Source: Trichoplax adhaerens
Lineage: Eukaryota > Animalia > Placozoa
DNA: 64,000 bases
Reading direction: 5' to 3'
Assembly: GCF_000150275.1 (NCBI RefSeq)
Contig: NW_002060953.1
Coordinates: 1,337,693-1,401,692 of the forward strand
Both the position numbers and the translations under genes were made by a program. Every line of letters starts with the position of its first letter. Within the stretch, counting starts at the first letter, position 1. The notes beneath the pieces are model-generated. The model worked only from the letters and a program-made list of their open reading frames with translations. It made no database searches and had not been told where the DNA came from. Positions 1 through 13,105 of this stretch are shown here, in pieces.

Positions 1-564
1 ATTTGAGTTGGCATCTGATATTAATGGAGGATGAGAGCTAACAGCTATGAAAAGGTCTAATTATATATGCAACTGACAAGAATATCTTCAACTACCCTAG
101 TAAAGATAACTTTTTAAATATATATTTAATTAGCCCAGTAGCAGCTTCTGCTGGCGCCTATACGCAGCGTATTATCATCCTATTTTCCATATAAGAAATA
201 GATAGTAACTAATTACATTGCGTATATCCATTAATTGAGAGCGTTATTTTAATCGTCAAGATAGATAAGATATCTTTGTTATAATAGGAGATCTTAGGCT
301 AATTTCAACATTATTTATGTTACTTAATCTTGTCAACATTACAGTATCAAATTTAAATTATTCACAAGTAAATTAAGCTTGTTATAGTTCTCATACTAAG
401 ATGGCTTCCCATCTTTATTAATGACTTTCTGGATACAATATTATAACAGAATTTGGTAGAGATAAAATAACTAATACTTAATCAGCTCATTTCCTTGGTA
501 TTGTCATCTTATTATCTAGCTTTTATCCTTGTGACTTACAGTATTTAAGGAAGTATAACCTATT

Positions 565-1919
565 CGTAATGAAATGAAAAGTGTAGAAATCAAGTTGCAA
601 AACTTTAATAGACTTTGATTCTACTTTCGTTGCACTCCGGTCGACTTGACGAAACTTTGACACCAAATAAAATTTGGGGAAATAATTGATCAACAATTTA
701 TTACAAAAAAATGGAGAAGTATAAACCGAACAATCTTACAAAAACTTAACTTTAAATATTAATAAAATAAGTGACAGACTAAAAAAATGTCAACAACCAA
801 ACAACCTTTCAAAAAGAACTACGTTTTAACTTACAACAATTCAACCTCAAAGGCCTTTTAAATTCAACAAGTACTTCAAACAATCTTCTTCTACTCTCCC
901 TCTAAATTTTCTAATTGCACTATCATTTATAGGCTTCGTAGAGCCGTCAGAGGTATTTAAAACTAAACATTTACTAACCAATCGCTCTTGATCCGTTTTA
1001 GAAAACTACTTTGCACCATTTAAGAAAACAAAAATCATTCAAAGTTCAGACACAATTTACCCTACGATTCCCTTACAAAATACTATAAAACCAAAAAGTT
1101 AACTATAATATATATCAAACTTCACTTCTAACATAATTTCTATCATTAATGCATTATAAAAGTCTAAAAATTAACCTTTAAACATCAAGATTTAGTCATA
1201 AAAGTAACAGTCTAACTACTTAACAATCTACACAACCTCTGCCAATTTCCATCTTATTTTCTATTTTCCTAACTAACTTTCCTAATGTGACTTTCAAGTC
1301 ACATTAGGAAATTCCAAAGTTTCAAATTCATAGCAAAAAGTTCAAATTTCAAAAATCGACTCTTAAAAACGATATTTTTCATGAACAAAAATTCAAAAAT
1401 TAAAACAGGAAAATTATATCAGACATAAATCCGACCGGTTCCGGAATCCGAATCCGAAAAATCCGGATTTTATAAAGATCACACTAATCGCTTATCAAAA
1501 ATTTTATATGACTATTACGACTACTTTTCTGACATTAGTATCACTGAGTATTGATAGTTGATGTTTTAGCGTCAGATTGTACAATAACTGTACGATTATA
1601 GACTACATTACAGTACTTTACTGTCATGTCATAAATCCCCTTTCTCTAAGGATAGGGTTTTGTTACTATGTCAATTTTACTTACAGTTTGAATAGACGAT
1701 CAAACGCCCTTTCTTTAGATGAAGCATTTGCTCTCGGGCTGCTTCTATAGTAATCTATATAATACCTTGTAAAATAATGAAGAAGAAAAGATGGCGACAT
1801 GATGATTTGGCAGGGTAAAACTTAAAGGCACTATCACTTTCTAGGTATTTTCTATAGTAAAATAATACTAGTTACCTACTAAAAGCTATAAAGGACTCTA
1901 CTTTTAGTCCTTTACTACA
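565..1919 (+). mobile_element. Family D long solo-LTR-like repeat (~1.35 kb), copy 1
   Basis: Collinear and highly similar to 55785-57153. Ends CGTAATG...ACTACA. Left flank TATT, right flank CGAG, so no matched TSD. Strand is relative only. Confidence 0.8.
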
Positions 1920-2383
1920 CGAGACTGCAAGATCAAATAATGACCCTTTCTTGCGACGATAATCCGAAATGATAGTAGACTATAGGGCACCGGTATATTA
2001 AACGATTTCATAAATAAAAACATGCCAAATCCGGCTATCTATAAGTAATCAGTAAATGTCCAATTGTCCACCTCAATAGATCTATTTATTACAGAAATAA
2101 TTTGGTTTTTGAAAAAAATTTATTTGTTAGATAATTAGAAAAAATTATCAATGTTATCACTAGTAACTGCTACAGAAGAGTATGTAAGCTAGGCAAAATT
2201 TAAATAAATCCTGTTCTTTTCTTTCACAATACAAAAGAAAGGTCGCTTATGCTTGCAGTAGAGGCATTTTACGATAGTATTAGGTCAGAGCTAATACTTC
2301 AACACTGCTGATAGTTAAGTAACTTTTAAACTTGCGTAGCAAGAGAGAGCTAAATCAAATATAGTATTGCATCCTTTTGCTGT

Positions 2384-2935
2384 TGTGATATATACCGATC
2401 ACGAAATTCCAAAATTTTAGAAAAATAAGGGCTTTATTGAATCTTATACAAAGATTTACTACACACAGCTCTACTCTAGCCGAATACTACTACTAAAGAC
2501 TTCTACAACGAACTAACAGAATAATATAAAGTTGCATGCTTTTATACTTTTCGTAGCATTCGCAGCTACAATCCGCATGGCAACCTTTTACCTTATATTA
2601 CACATAGTTAAATTATTCTTAGTAAGACTGTTCTACTGCGGACCATCGTTAATTCAATATGGATACGACTACAGTAATTACGTAGACATTATTCACACCA
2701 GCCAAAGTACAATGAATTAACCATATCCCAATATATGATTTACAGTTCTATTTTTACCTACAGCCTTATTAGTAACTCAACACCTTACTGTATATAGTCA
2801 TCTGTACTCTAGCATAGAGTCTCTACCACTACAGTGTATAGTTATAGCTACCAAATATCTCTTAAGATAAATATCTACCGTACATTATACTAAACATGGC
2901 TAAGAGTCTACAATCACAATACTAGATACATTACA
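2384..2935 (-). mobile_element. Family A solo LTR (552 bp)
   Basis: TGTGAT...ATTACA with perfect 5-bp TSD GCTGT (2379-2383, 2936-2940). Minus-strand TATAAAA (2540-2546) precedes minus-strand AATAAA (2433-2438). Near-identical copies at 6358 and 45608. Confidence 0.9.
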
Positions 2936-5329
2936 GCTGTTTTCATATCCATGGGCAATTTAAACTCTTCCCTTGCGAAATTCGAATTAAATCACTACTG
3001 AACGGCTTTCTTCATGGCATTGTATAGTTGCAAAATTTTAAGTTACATATACTATTTAGCGTGATATCTTATAAAACTTGATAAAAGCCTAAATAGTTTT
3101 TATTTTTAGTTATAACTAAACCAAACTAGCGATACTGTTGTATTTCTATATAAGAATTTATTATGGATTAACAGAAATAATGGTCTATGTTTATGCAAGT
3201 ACAAATTAGCAGCAAAAAATTTAGTATCTAAACTGCCTAAAATGTAGTAATTTATTTAAGTAGTAAATTCTGTTGCTATCCATTTGCTATTTGAATTCCC
3301 ATATTTTATGATCACATACTGGTTAAAAAAAGTCTTTCGTTAATTATATATTAAGGACTATTGCTCTCACCGTTTATCATAGAATACATAGTAAAATGAA
3401 TCACATCGTAAACTAAGGAGCAAGTTCATCTACATTTTCTACGAATAGGGAAAAATTGTACGAAGAATATGTATTTGCATACTCGAAATTCGTTAATAAA
3501 TTGTAATATGATTAGGATGAAATTCCAATAAAAAGATATGATCTTTAACAGCTAATTGCAGAACTTAAATCTAGCATCTTTACGCATAAGCTATAACAAT
3601 GACTGGATGACGTAGTTTGGGTAGGAAATGGAATGAAACTGTTTCATTTTCCATGCTAATGATATGTTACATTAAATATTTGATTTCTTACTTATTACCT
3701 ATTTTCACTTCTTTTAAAATTTTCGTACCAGGTGTATGAGTATAGTTATGAAGCTATTTTACGTACAGTTGCCTTTCTAAAACGATGCAGAATATCTCTG
3801 TTATCGAAAGATCTATAAACGAGTTTACTGCTAGTAATATAAATTTAAATATGCAGCCATTACACGTAAACACTTAAAACTCAGTAAAACAAACTTTATT
3901 AATTAGGTTCAATTTATTTACTTAATTGACTAATATCGTAATTCAAAAAATTTGTATATCGGTAATTAATTTATCGTATAGGGTTTACGAGTTAAAATAT
4001 TTTTATTGCACTTTTAATTTCTTCTGTATAGACACAAAATGCTACCTAGAGCGTAAGGATAGTGCATAATTCGTGTATATTTATCCTTCCTGTAATTTAT
4101 TAAATGTTAGCGTAGATATCAAAAAATTTGTAAGAGTAGTATCATAGCCGTAAGCATTAAAATTTTATGATCAAATACCTAGATCAGAAGCACATTATGC
4201 TTTATTGATACTTCGAATTGAGTTGTCTTATAACAGCGAAATTACAATACATTCTTTAAGCAGTAATACTCATTTCTCCCGAATTTGAAGTTTAGTAGCA
4301 TTTATTATAAAACTATGCGTAATAGAGATCGAAATAAATATTTATACACAGAATATTACATTTGTTATCAGGAATAACAATATTATTTAGCTGCAATGCA
4401 GCAGATAGTGCCAGTATTTTAACCATACTTACTCATGTTACCGTTTTGTAAATGGTAGATAAGCACAAATGCGATCAGATCTATAATGTTACTGTACCAC
4501 TAGGCAGAAGTAATTTGTTTTCGAATAATGTCAATTTAAAATAATAGTTATTGTTTTCATACCCGTCTTAAACATTTTTTATTTCATTGTTTATATCACG
4601 ATATATATTTTGTTAAAAAAAAATTATTATTTGCAAGGCTAATTACAATTTATGAAAACGTGATGGCAGGCAGAATAGAAGGGGCCGTCTTTTAATATTC
4701 AATTTTTCTGCAACTAATAGAATAATGGCAGTAAAGAAATGCATCCGCAAATATGATATTCTATTTGCGCCTTATCGGAATGTAGTGAGTTGGATTAAAC
4801 ACTGAATTATTTTCCTATTTTTAGACTAACTTGTACTAGTCTACAATTTTTACAAAATGTAATAAAGCAGACTTCCATCTGCATTCAGTTAGACCAACTT
4901 TATTTTCAGTTGTAGCAGTAAAGCAGACTGAGATATAGTCAACCTTATTACACGGAACTTCTTATGATTGAAGGCATGATGTGATATAATATTTAAATTA
5001 GACGAATGCCTTGAAATGTAACAAGTAAAATGTTTACAAACTTAGTTATTATCATGGAGTAAAGTATTGATCATTAAATTTTAAAGACTTCCTATCGAAC
5101 AAAGCAGGCACTTTGAAGCATATGATATTAGATGGGTTTAAAATGATACTTTATAAAGAAGAAATAACAATTTGATTCCGGTCAATACATACATTTAATA
5201 ATTAGTTTTCTTTAGAAGCATTGAAAAGCAGACGAATAAAAGGTGCTATAGTGTCCAAATTGAAACAGAACACATATATTACTTTCCACATGATACTTTG
5301 TCAGCGAGTAGGCTGAAAGAATTATTGCA

Positions 5330-6313
5330 ATGGCCAACAACACGGACGGTCTAAACTGCTCTCTGACAGAGAGTTGTAAATTTACATATACTGAAGGCAT
5401 ATGGCTTTTTATAGGTGTCTTTACTGTCATTACCAATTCTGCTTTACTTTTAAGTTTAAGAACTTCAAACATTCGACGTAGTCCTTCAAATTTGCTATTA
5501 GAGAGCACATTCGTTATTGGAATCCTTTTCGGCGGAATGTATATTATTCCACGATGGACTGCAATAAAATATATTTATAAATTTGGATACTTCTGTTCCA
5601 TGCTACCTCCTCTCGGTGCTTCTCTGTTTTTAAATTATAACTTGCATCAATGCTTAATTTGTCTCTATCGTTGGTTTGCTATTAAGAATTCACTTCAGCT
5701 CTACAAGTCTATAAAAAGAAAATTATCCATATTTCTAAGCGCGAGCTGGATTTTGTCATTTATGATGGGATATATGCCATTGATGACATATAGGAAAATA
5801 CGACATGACCGATGCGTTACTTCATCTGATAATTTACCTGCTAAAAAAATTTATCACTGCTGGCAGTTTTTTGCTTTATTCGTTTTACCTGCTACCGTTA
5901 TAGTAATTTGTTACTCAAAAATATTGCATGTATTTTACACGCAAAGAAGAAAAGTTTTTACAACTCGTATTATTTCTAGCATATCTGATGTTATTAAAAG
6001 AATTCCCAACTGTAGAACTGTAAAGGCATCCTTGCAAATCGGATTGCTGGCAATTATTTTTGTAGTGATGATAGCTCCTTACGTATGTGTCTATACATTG
6101 TCCATATTAGGCTTTATCAAACCCGAGCCAAATGATATTATCTATTCCTTACACAAAGCACTTCAATATTTGGCTTTCTTATATCCAGCTGTTAATCCAT
6201 TATTGTACGCATACTTTATTGACAGTATTCGATATAATTTTTTTAAAAATATTTCCTGTTACTGCAAAAGAAGTAAACCTAAGCAAGTTCTAAATCTAAT
6301 TAAAGTATCTTAA
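5330..6313 (+). CDS. Intronless class A (rhodopsin-like) GPCR, 327 aa, orphan lineage-specific family (paralog 1)
   Basis: ATG-started ORF with 7 hydrophobic segments, N-terminal NNT glycosylation site, N1.50 (ITNS), C3.25 (FCSM), TM3 NLHQCLICLYRW (DRY position reads YRW), W4.50, ECL2 Cys (HDRC), TM5 LP..I..CY, TM6 Pro and TM7 YPAVNPLLY. Confidence 0.93.
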   Translation: MANNTDGLNCSLTESCKFTYTEGIWLFIGVFTVITNSALLLSLRTSNIRRSPSNLLLESTFVIGILFGGMYIIPRWTAIKYIYKFGYFCSMLPPLGASLFLNYNLHQCLICLYRWFAIKNSLQLYKSIKRKLSIFLSASWILSFMMGYMPLMTYRKIRHDRCVTSSDNLPAKKIYHCWQFFALFVLPATVIVICYSKILHVFYTQRRKVFTTRIISSISDVIKRIPNCRTVKASLQIGLLAIIFVVMIAPYVCVYTLSILGFIKPEPNDIIYSLHKALQYLAFLYPAVNPLLYAYFIDSIRYNFFKNISCYCKRSKPKQVLNLIKVS

Positions 6314-6357
6314 ATACGAATATACCGTTTATTATATGAGCTTGCTGGATAGCTTCC

Positions 6358-6910
6358 TGTGATATATACCGATCACGAAATTCCAAAATTTTAGAAAAAT
6401 AAGGGCTTTATTGAATCTTATACAAAAATTTACTACACACAGCTCTACTCTAGCCGAATACTACTACTAAAGACTTCTACAACGAACTAACAGAATAATA
6501 TAAAGTTGCATGCTTTTATACTTTTCGTAGCACTCGCAGCTACAATCCGCATGGCAATCTTTTACCTTATATTACACATAGTTAAATTATTCTTAGTAAG
6601 ACTGTTCTACTACGGACCATCATTAATCCAATATGGATACGACTACAGTAATTACGTAGACATTATTCACACCAGCCAAAGTACAATGAATTAACCATAT
6701 CCCAATATATGATTTACAGTTCTATTTTTACCTATAGCCTTATTAGTAACTCAACAGCTTACTGTATATAGTCATCTGTACTCTAGCATAGAGTCTCTAC
6801 CACTACAGTGTATAGTTATAGCAACCAAATATCTCTTAAGATAAATATCTACCGTACATTATACTAAACATGGCTAACAGTCTACAATTACAATACTAAG
6901 TTACATGACA
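6358..6910 (-). mobile_element. Family A solo LTR, 44 bp downstream of the GPCR paralog 1 stop
   Basis: TGTGAT...ATGACA with TSD CTTCC/CTTTC. About 14 differences from 2384-2935 by eye. Confidence 0.9.
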
Positions 6911-8144
6911 CTTTCAATTAAAGTTTGCTCGTGCTGGTAAATATACCATAGTCATATTACTCGATATTCTAATTTAATGCCTTCTAGTCCATGTATATTC
7001 ATTACGAACAATTGAAGATTGGCAATACTAACTAACGCAAATTTAATTAATGATAAGTATATATGACTAAGAATTTCTGAATATCAGTAAAATTCAGCTT
7101 TTCAATATTCAAGGTTGTGCGATCTAAATAATGAATACTAAAATATAAGCTATTACAGATAGGACACAAAGTCGATTTTATAACAGTATTAGTGGAATTT
7201 TGAGATTCTACTGATTGCATACACTCTTTAAATCATGAAGAAATTTTAAGAAATCGCCTGTTATTGCATTTTAGCTTGTAATCGTAAAAATTTTTTGGAA
7301 GGGATTGAAATCTTATCATTTTTTGTATATACTATTAGATTAAATTTGGAAGCAGCCTTTAAATTTCAATTGAAGATTAAATTACTTAATACATCGGATA
7401 TTACGGTAATAGCTCGGAACATATTTATAATCTCATGACAGTATCATGAATTGATTTCCATAAGGAGCCTTTCTGTTATATTTCATTATTTAAAATGCAT
7501 TGAAAGTAAACGTTAATGTTTTACAGTTGTATAAGCAAAAAATCTAGTATTAAATACATATAACTTTATGGCATGCACAGAATTTCGGTGATTTGAATTC
7601 TTATTGTTTTCTTACAACATATTTATTCATGGCAAGCTAAATTAAATCGCTATATATGCTGCTTTTATAATTTATCAGCCAAGATTCCCAAATAATAGCA
7701 TATGAATTATAAATAGATAATAAAATGTACCAAAATTACTTAAAAAAAATATTCTTAAATTAGCTAAAAAATGTGAATGAACCAATAATGTTTACCTGTA
7801 TTACACAAATCTTCATGGCAATAATATTATTAAAATTGGATCTAAGGCAATATTAACTTGTTTATCACATATCACGTTAGAATGCCTTATGGATTCGCTA
7901 AGTGCTAGAAGGCTATGTATTGCAGTTAATCTCTGAAAATTCGTGCATTGCATTTAACTAGTAACCGATATGAATTTAAATACTTGGTCAAGTATGAATA
8001 GTTTAACCGTGGATTTTTACTGTATACCTCATAATATTATAATAAATTTTTTCTGCTATGTAAAAGCGCTAGAGCTCTGCACTTGCATTTATTTCGTCTG
8101 TTATAAAGTGCTTGTGCGCTTTATTTTGCCACTGGCCATGTCTA

Positions 8145-8220
8145 TGCAATATGTGCTCGATCATGAAAATCCAAAATTTGTATAGAATAGAACTTTATTA
8201 GATCTTACACAAAGATAACG
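8145..8220 (-). mobile_element. Family A LTR terminal fragment
   Basis: CGATCATGAAAATCCAAAATTTG...ACTTTATTAGATCTTACACAAAGAT matches the first ~75 bp of the 2384 copy. Confidence 0.65.
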
Positions 8221-8222
8221 TA

Positions 8223-8707
8223 TGTATTGCGGGGTCCTGCGTTGTCGCACATGTTTACAATTATAATAAGATTATTAGTAGTTCAAGATAACCGTAATCG
8301 AGAAGAGAGTGCTTTTTAAGAGGGGTCATTCCAGCTTTGACATCAATCTTCGCTAGTTAGTCATTCATCTTCTGTTGACTAAATCGGCAGTCCCATATCG
8401 AGGTAAAGTTGCATGATCAATATCATCTGCTATTATTGAAGAATCAGAGTTAGAAATCAAGGTAATTTAAAACTATCTCAGACATTGCATTAAGATAAAG
8501 GTAGTTTACCAATGTAGAATTTAATGCAGAATGCTGTACAATCCTCGGTAGACTTTATTATATACTACGCCATATTTGTTAGATTGTACGATGTAATACT
8601 ATATACAGTGTCAGTCAGTAATAGTAGTACGGTTAAGATTGCTTTTGTGTGTTTGCGCTAATTCGATAATACCTAAAGTTAGTAAGTTACAACTTGCTAT
8701 CGTCACA
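8223..8707 (+). mobile_element. Putative decayed solo LTR abutting the family A fragment
   Basis: Starts where family A similarity stops, has a TATATA element near 8600 and ends TCGTCACA. No TSD and no second copy. Confidence 0.3.
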
Positions 8708-9949
8708 ATTTACATAATAATACTTGTGATTGAATAATTATAGTATTCTACAAACGTAACATACATACACTTGTTAATTCTACGTATTAATGGTGGATTG
8801 CACTGCGTAAACTAGCTAATTCACTGTTATACAAACTTGTAATTATAATGCGTTGTAAGTGTTAACGACGTAAGTATATAAGCCGCCACTTTTCAATACA
8901 ATAAAGAGAAAGCAGAGTTAGTAGATAGTTTTACAATAACTTTAACTACGAGTTCAATTTTTTGTCTCAGTGCTAAGTGAGAGTAGTACGAACTTTTAAT
9001 ACAGATGTTAGTATTAACCCTCGATAGTAGTACACAACAGACATGGTGAGCTTTTGTAAGCTTAGCTATATTTCTATTAATCGTGGATCATAATATTCAA
9101 GTTTACCCTTTAGGCAATTTTTACTCTCAGAAATTTTTAATCTTAGGCTTTTAGCTGACAAGACACAAATATCTTATAGCATTAAGATCCCAGTAATTGA
9201 TTACTGCACCTTTTGCGCTATGATCGATCGTCGTCCGTTTACGAATTTATTTTGCAGGAAGACTAAAAATTTCCTGTTAATTGTAGAATCTTGTAAGAGC
9301 TTTACTTGATATATTAGTTTAATCATATTACGAACGTCATACAGCTAATCATTGCTACATGTCTCTTATGCAGCTTAGCCTAAGTTCGATTATCTCCATA
9401 GCATTTACAGATCGATAAAACCTAGAACTAATTTTTACACTACAGTGTTACTGTAATCAACTGTAAGTTACTTCCTACGGAACTTCTATCTTTAGATGTT
9501 CCTTAACTGACTAATCGAATGAATGATTAGAATCTTAGTCTGCACTAAACTAAGGTGAAGGATGACGTTCTTGAAGTATAAAAAATGATCTAGAAATATA
9601 GATAGATTATTTGTAAAAAGTATATGCGAATTCTTCAAATTAAGTTATTCATTACAGTCCTGACATTATAATCAGTAGAAAAACTTTAGATTAATCTATC
9701 GCAATAAGACGCTTACGTGAAATGATTTGGATCTACCGACCCAATTATGGGATCCATCTATAATCCTCACAAATATTATTTCAATGTTAATCTAAAACAT
9801 TTTAAAATCAAAATGAAATACTCTATACTTGGACATCCATTTAGATAATTATCATCTTGCATGCTCTATCGTGCTGATAGATTTTCGAATATATTTAGCA
9901 GTATTTGCAAAATAAACGAATAGACTGATATCACAAGCATTGTAGCCTT

Positions 9950-11330
9950 AAGACTTGTCTGCAACAAGACAACAATAACGAAACAGAATATCATCTTGTA
10001 AGTGATGGTTTCGAAGCATGGGCGTATAACTGGAGGCATCGCCAGCATAAACAATATATTGACATTGGTACCTCTAATAACATGCAATAACAGGAAAAAT
10101 AAAACCGTAATGATCATTAATAGTTCCTTCACTATTAGCATTCTTTGGTGCGTTTACATTTTACTGAGATCGGCTGCTTTCAATTTAATTAGCAGAAATG
10201 GTATTCTTTGCTCCTTTTTATCCTTGTCTGGCTTGCCATTATTATTTAATAATAATCTCCGTCAATGCCTTTTAAGTATTAGTATAGATCGCTGTGACGC
10301 TGTAAAATTCCCTATCAAATACCGATGAGAGGATATAAAGAAATTATACTTTTATTTGATTATTTTATCATGACTACTCTTATTAACTGCGCCTTTCATC
10401 CTATTTTGACGTTTTAGAGGATTTCTTCAGAACGATGCTACTTACTGCTTACCGCTATAATCATCATTACCTTAACGAACATTTCTTTAACTGGAAAATT
10501 TTCGGTTGGTTTATATTGCCGTCATTAATTATAATCTTTTGGTTTTCTAGCATTTTACGCTATTTCAATCGTCGCCGGCGCCTAATAGTGACATCTACGA
10601 CATCATCAGATCGCGAGACGGACCATTTTCACTAGTCTAAGCACAATACAAACCACACTTCAAATGGCGATCCTAGCTGAAATTTTTGTTATCATTGTAG
10701 TGGACGGGCAGTTAGCCCTAGGTTCGTAATCCGTCAACTCAAATTCTGATTTGTAAAAATCGAGCAAATCCCTAATATGACACAAAATAGACAGCACTGT
10801 ATAATTGACTTATAACAATTAAGTTTGATAACGTCCATATGTCGTCTGTCGGAAAAGAATTCCAATTTCTTCCCTTCATACTAATAGTCAAAAATAGCTA
10901 AGATACAATAAACCGGATAATCGACTTAGCCTCAACGATAACAATTTTGTAGAACTTATACAATATATCATCAATACTTCCTCTACATAGGAGTCATCAA
11001 TAACATTAGTCCATTGCCTAATAATATCGCTTAATATGGTTATCAGCTACGGCCTTGTACAGCACATACTTTATTAAGACATATAGTTCTACACTACATA
11101 ATATGACTGTATTACCTACTTAAAACTACTGCAATTAGCTGAAATCACTACAGTCATTATGCTACCTTACACTATCATTTCTTTGGCTTTAATGGAATTA
11201 AGAAATCTGAGATCGATTCCTAGAACAAAACTCTTTCTTAAGTATTTTATAACAGTTAGATAATTGGCATTATCTAACAATTAATTAGTTTTGTAAACTT
11301 ATTTTGCTGACATAATTCGGTCTTGTGTCG
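9950..11330 (+). pseudogene. Decayed GPCR paralog 2, interrupted in TM6 by a solo LTR (boundaries approximate)
   Basis: ORF pieces 10002-10328 (GGIASINNIL..., IINSSFTISIL, ILCSFL, NNNLRQCL..SIDRCDAVKFPIKYR*) and 10435-10635 (WKIFGWFILPSLII) align to the paralogs. TM6 QMAILAEIFVII|MLPYT continues across the 10696-11152 insertion. The TM7/H8 remnant (TYFADIIRS) lies near 11300. Stops and frameshifts are present. Confidence 0.85.
10696..11152. mobile_element. Family J solo LTR (457 bp) inserted in TM6 of the GPCR pseudogene
   Basis: 7-bp inverted termini TGTAGTG...CACTACA with TSD ATCAT/GTCAT. Removing it restores the receptor reading frame IFVII-MLPY. Confidence 0.85.
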
Positions 11331-11834
11331 TGAATATATTATATCAAATAAAATATTCTACGCATCCAGTGTATTTAGTACGTTCAAGGAAAATTTAGCA
11401 AACGCTTTATAGCATACCAATATGATCGTAAGATACTTAAGCGTGAGCAAGCTTTAAATTTGAAGGCAAATACGTATATTGTACATATGTTTCTCATTAT
11501 AATTACGAATAGTTATAACCCTATAGCTTAATCAGAAATAATTAAAATTAAATGTGAATCATAATATTATGTAATTCTAGTAGAATTAATCAGATTATTT
11601 AAATTTAGCTATAGGGTTTTCTCTGTAAGAAACTCTTAAAATTCAGACATTTGTTTACTTTAATTATAATGAGGGCTATTTACTCGTTTTAAAATTAATT
11701 CTAACTTGAACTTAAAGTTGAACAAATATGGCAAATTTTGAAAAAAAATTAATGCAATCGTTTCGTTACGATGCGTCTTAGGAAGCACTATACGACATCT
11801 CTTCGTTGTAACAACTCTATTTGGTTTATTGCAC

Positions 11835-12361
11835 TGTTGCGGTGTTGCCTTGTCATTAGGATAGTTTAATAAGTACAGTAGTAGCTACTATGGAGAATAT
11901 CCATATTTGTAGTGCTAGGTAAGATAAGTAATGCCTTAATGTGGATCTTGTTTGTAATAGTTCATTACATATTTGATATTGATTTTTAATGTGTGATAGA
12001 TAGCAGTAAGATGATTTAAGTTCTAGTTGATGATAGTAGAATTAGAAAACATAGAGCTTAGATTAAGATTAAGTATGAGTAAGAGATTCAAAATATTTAC
12101 TGATAGAAAAACTATGTATGGAACATCTCAGTTCGAGATGTTTCTCCTAGTAAGGTAAAATAATAATACAGTTGTTGTTTACAAGTTAGATGGTTCCTAA
12201 ATAAACGGGAACATTTGAGTGGAGTGGTGTGGTAAAAAGTCGTAGATGTATCTTTACTAATAAAAGTGTGTATTTAACTTTAAATAATAGGGCGCTTAAG
12301 TCAGTAGCTTCTTATAGACTATTACTGTACGTTACCTTGTCGCAGAAATGAAATTGTGACA
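11835..12361 (+). mobile_element. Family F solo LTR
   Basis: TGTTGCGG...TTGTGACA with AATAAA at ~12258. The 3' end TACGTTACCTTGTCGCA...TGTGACA resembles families B and C. The 5' 200 bp is repeated inverted at 13106-13308. No TSD match. Confidence 0.7.
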
Positions 12362-13105
12362 ATAACAATTTCATATATAAGATTTTCTCAATTGCTGGCT
12401 ATATTAAATTTATTTATTTCAAATACCTACTAGAAATATTTACAATTCCATCATAAAATTTTATGGAATTACTTTATCATTAGCAATAAAAATTCTTGAA
12501 TTATTGTTTTATATTTATAAGGAGTTCAAACAAAATACTATCGTAAGGTATGCATCTATATTCAAGTTATTTCTATGGCTATTACAATATGAATCTAGTA
12601 AATACATAGCTTCTGATTTAAGAGTTCTTTTGCTTTAGTCTTAGACTATTTATAGCTGACCCACCTATACTTTGCTCCGTATAGCGATGATAATGATTTC
12701 ATTTATCGAAAAGTCACAAACCAGCTTTGCGAAAAAAATAATGTAAAGGTCAACCTCTTTAAATTCTCAGCAATTTGTACGTTTATGACTTTACGTTAGG
12801 TAAAGCAATACTTTTAGATATGGACATCTTCTAGCTGATTTTATTTAATCAAGCTTTAGTATGTCCGTTCACAGAATGATTTTAGTATACTTATGATCTT
12901 TTATTAATCAGAATTACAACCACGAGAGCTTTTACAGTAATTAATTACTATATAAGATTTAGTGTTCCAGTAAAATATATAATTTAATCTAGCACCCTAT
13001 AACTTCACGGATTCTAACTGTAAATAAGTAATTATAATTACCATTGTAATTGTTCAATTTAATGAATTTAGCCACTTATTTTTTAGAAAGAAAATTTTTG
13101 TGTCA

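Noticed and set aside
2532-2720. Repeated 62-68 aa hydrophobic ORF (also 6506, 45755, 42230)
   Set aside because: It lies antisense within family A LTRs and starts at TTG in three copies, and the recurrence is explained by repeat identity. Staying open in the diverged 42230 copy is mildly curious but insufficient.
4950-4965. ACGGAACTTCT motif upstream of both paralog 1 (~4952) and paralog 2 (~9477) as a shared promoter element
   Set aside because: Only two instances, and not seen upstream of the other paralogs.
5212-5508. Antisense ORFs overlapping GPCR 5' ends (also 9866-10141, 33650-33985, 48509-48862)
   Set aside because: Shadow ORFs of the receptor reading frames with no independent motifs.
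2384-6910. Two near-identical LTRs flanking GPCR paralog 1, looking like a retroelement that captured a receptor gene
   Set aside because: Each LTR has its own distinct TSD (GCTGT; CTTCC/CTTTC), so these are independent solo LTRs. No PBS or PPT is seen.
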